DNA of 25,465 nucleotides from a virus (lineage: Duplodnaviria > Heunggongvirae > Uroviricota > Caudoviricetes): the IMG/VR virus record IMGVR_UViG_3300047462_000211; one strand, written 5' to 3'. The notes beneath the pieces were generated by a model. It had not been told where the DNA came from. It did not search any database and saw nothing but the letters and a program-made list of their open reading frames with translations. Made by a program: the position numbers and the translations under genes. Positions 25,204 to 25,465 of this stretch are shown in pieces; positions within the stretch are counted from its first letter, which is position 1, and every line of letters starts with the position of its first letter.

Positions 25204-25465
25204 TTGATTAACAAATAGTTAAAAACTTGTTCGGATGGATTTTGAATAAATTCGATTGAAAGTCTATTTTGTTTAACAGCAGCTAATTGCACTTGTTCAG
25301 ATGGATTTTTAATATATTGGATTGCATATCCGTTTTGTTGAACAGCGGCTATTTGCACTTGTTCAGATGGATTTTTAATGTATGTGATTACAAGACCATT
25401 TTGTTGAACAGCAGCTAATTGCACTTGTTCAGATGGATTATTAATATATCTGATTGCATATCCAT
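25200..25465 (-). CDS. 3' part of a DUF4116-like 22-aa repeat protein (starts outside the window)
   Basis: The frame stays open to the window edge; repeat EQVQLAAVQQNGxxIxYIKNPS. Confidence 0.85.
   Translation of the reverse strand, partial: GYAIRYINNPSEQVQLAAVQQNGLVITYIKNPSEQVQIAAVQQNGYAIQYIKNPSEQVQLAAVKQNRLSIEFIQNPSEQVFNYLLIK
25224..25465 (-). repeat. 66-bp coding tandem repeat
   Basis: (c/a)acttgttc(a/g)gatggatt at 25224, 25290, 25356 and 25422. Confidence 0.95.

Noticed and set aside
1-25465. Stop-codon reassignment
   Set aside because: TrpRS, CysRS, rIIA/B, AAA and VWA are all full length under code 11, and gene packing is tight.

Overview
AT-rich, gene-dense window with no integration, plasmid or CRISPR signals. 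It is best read as part of a jumbo (large-genome, T4-superfamily-like) phage infecting an alphaproteobacterium. Evidence for phage: rIIA/rIIB, dCMP deaminase, a Hef-like repeat endonuclease, a MoxR-AAA/VWA pair and T4-like late-promoter motifs. Evidence for the host: a circularly permuted two-piece tmRNA with an ANDN...AA tag. The left third is a translation-support cluster: TrpRS, CysRS, tmRNA, a Pol-beta nucleotidyltransferase, an oversized tRNA-like RNA and an unassigned structured RNA. The strongest candidates for undescribed biology are: (1) a possible set of capsid-packaged, protease-matured effectors, including an R-S-E ADP-ribosyltransferase with a W-x-x-Q-x-E loop and a four-domain polyprotein-like ART/repeat protein with hydrophobic-X-E sites at each domain boundary; (2) a late-promoter operon coupling a single-TM protein to an output-less triple-PAS protein next to rIIA/rIIB; (3) two divergently transcribed unassigned RNAs at 3.5-3.95 kb; (4) an AAA/VWA-peptidase pair with altered catalytic motifs. 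All family calls are by-eye motif recognition; no searches were run.
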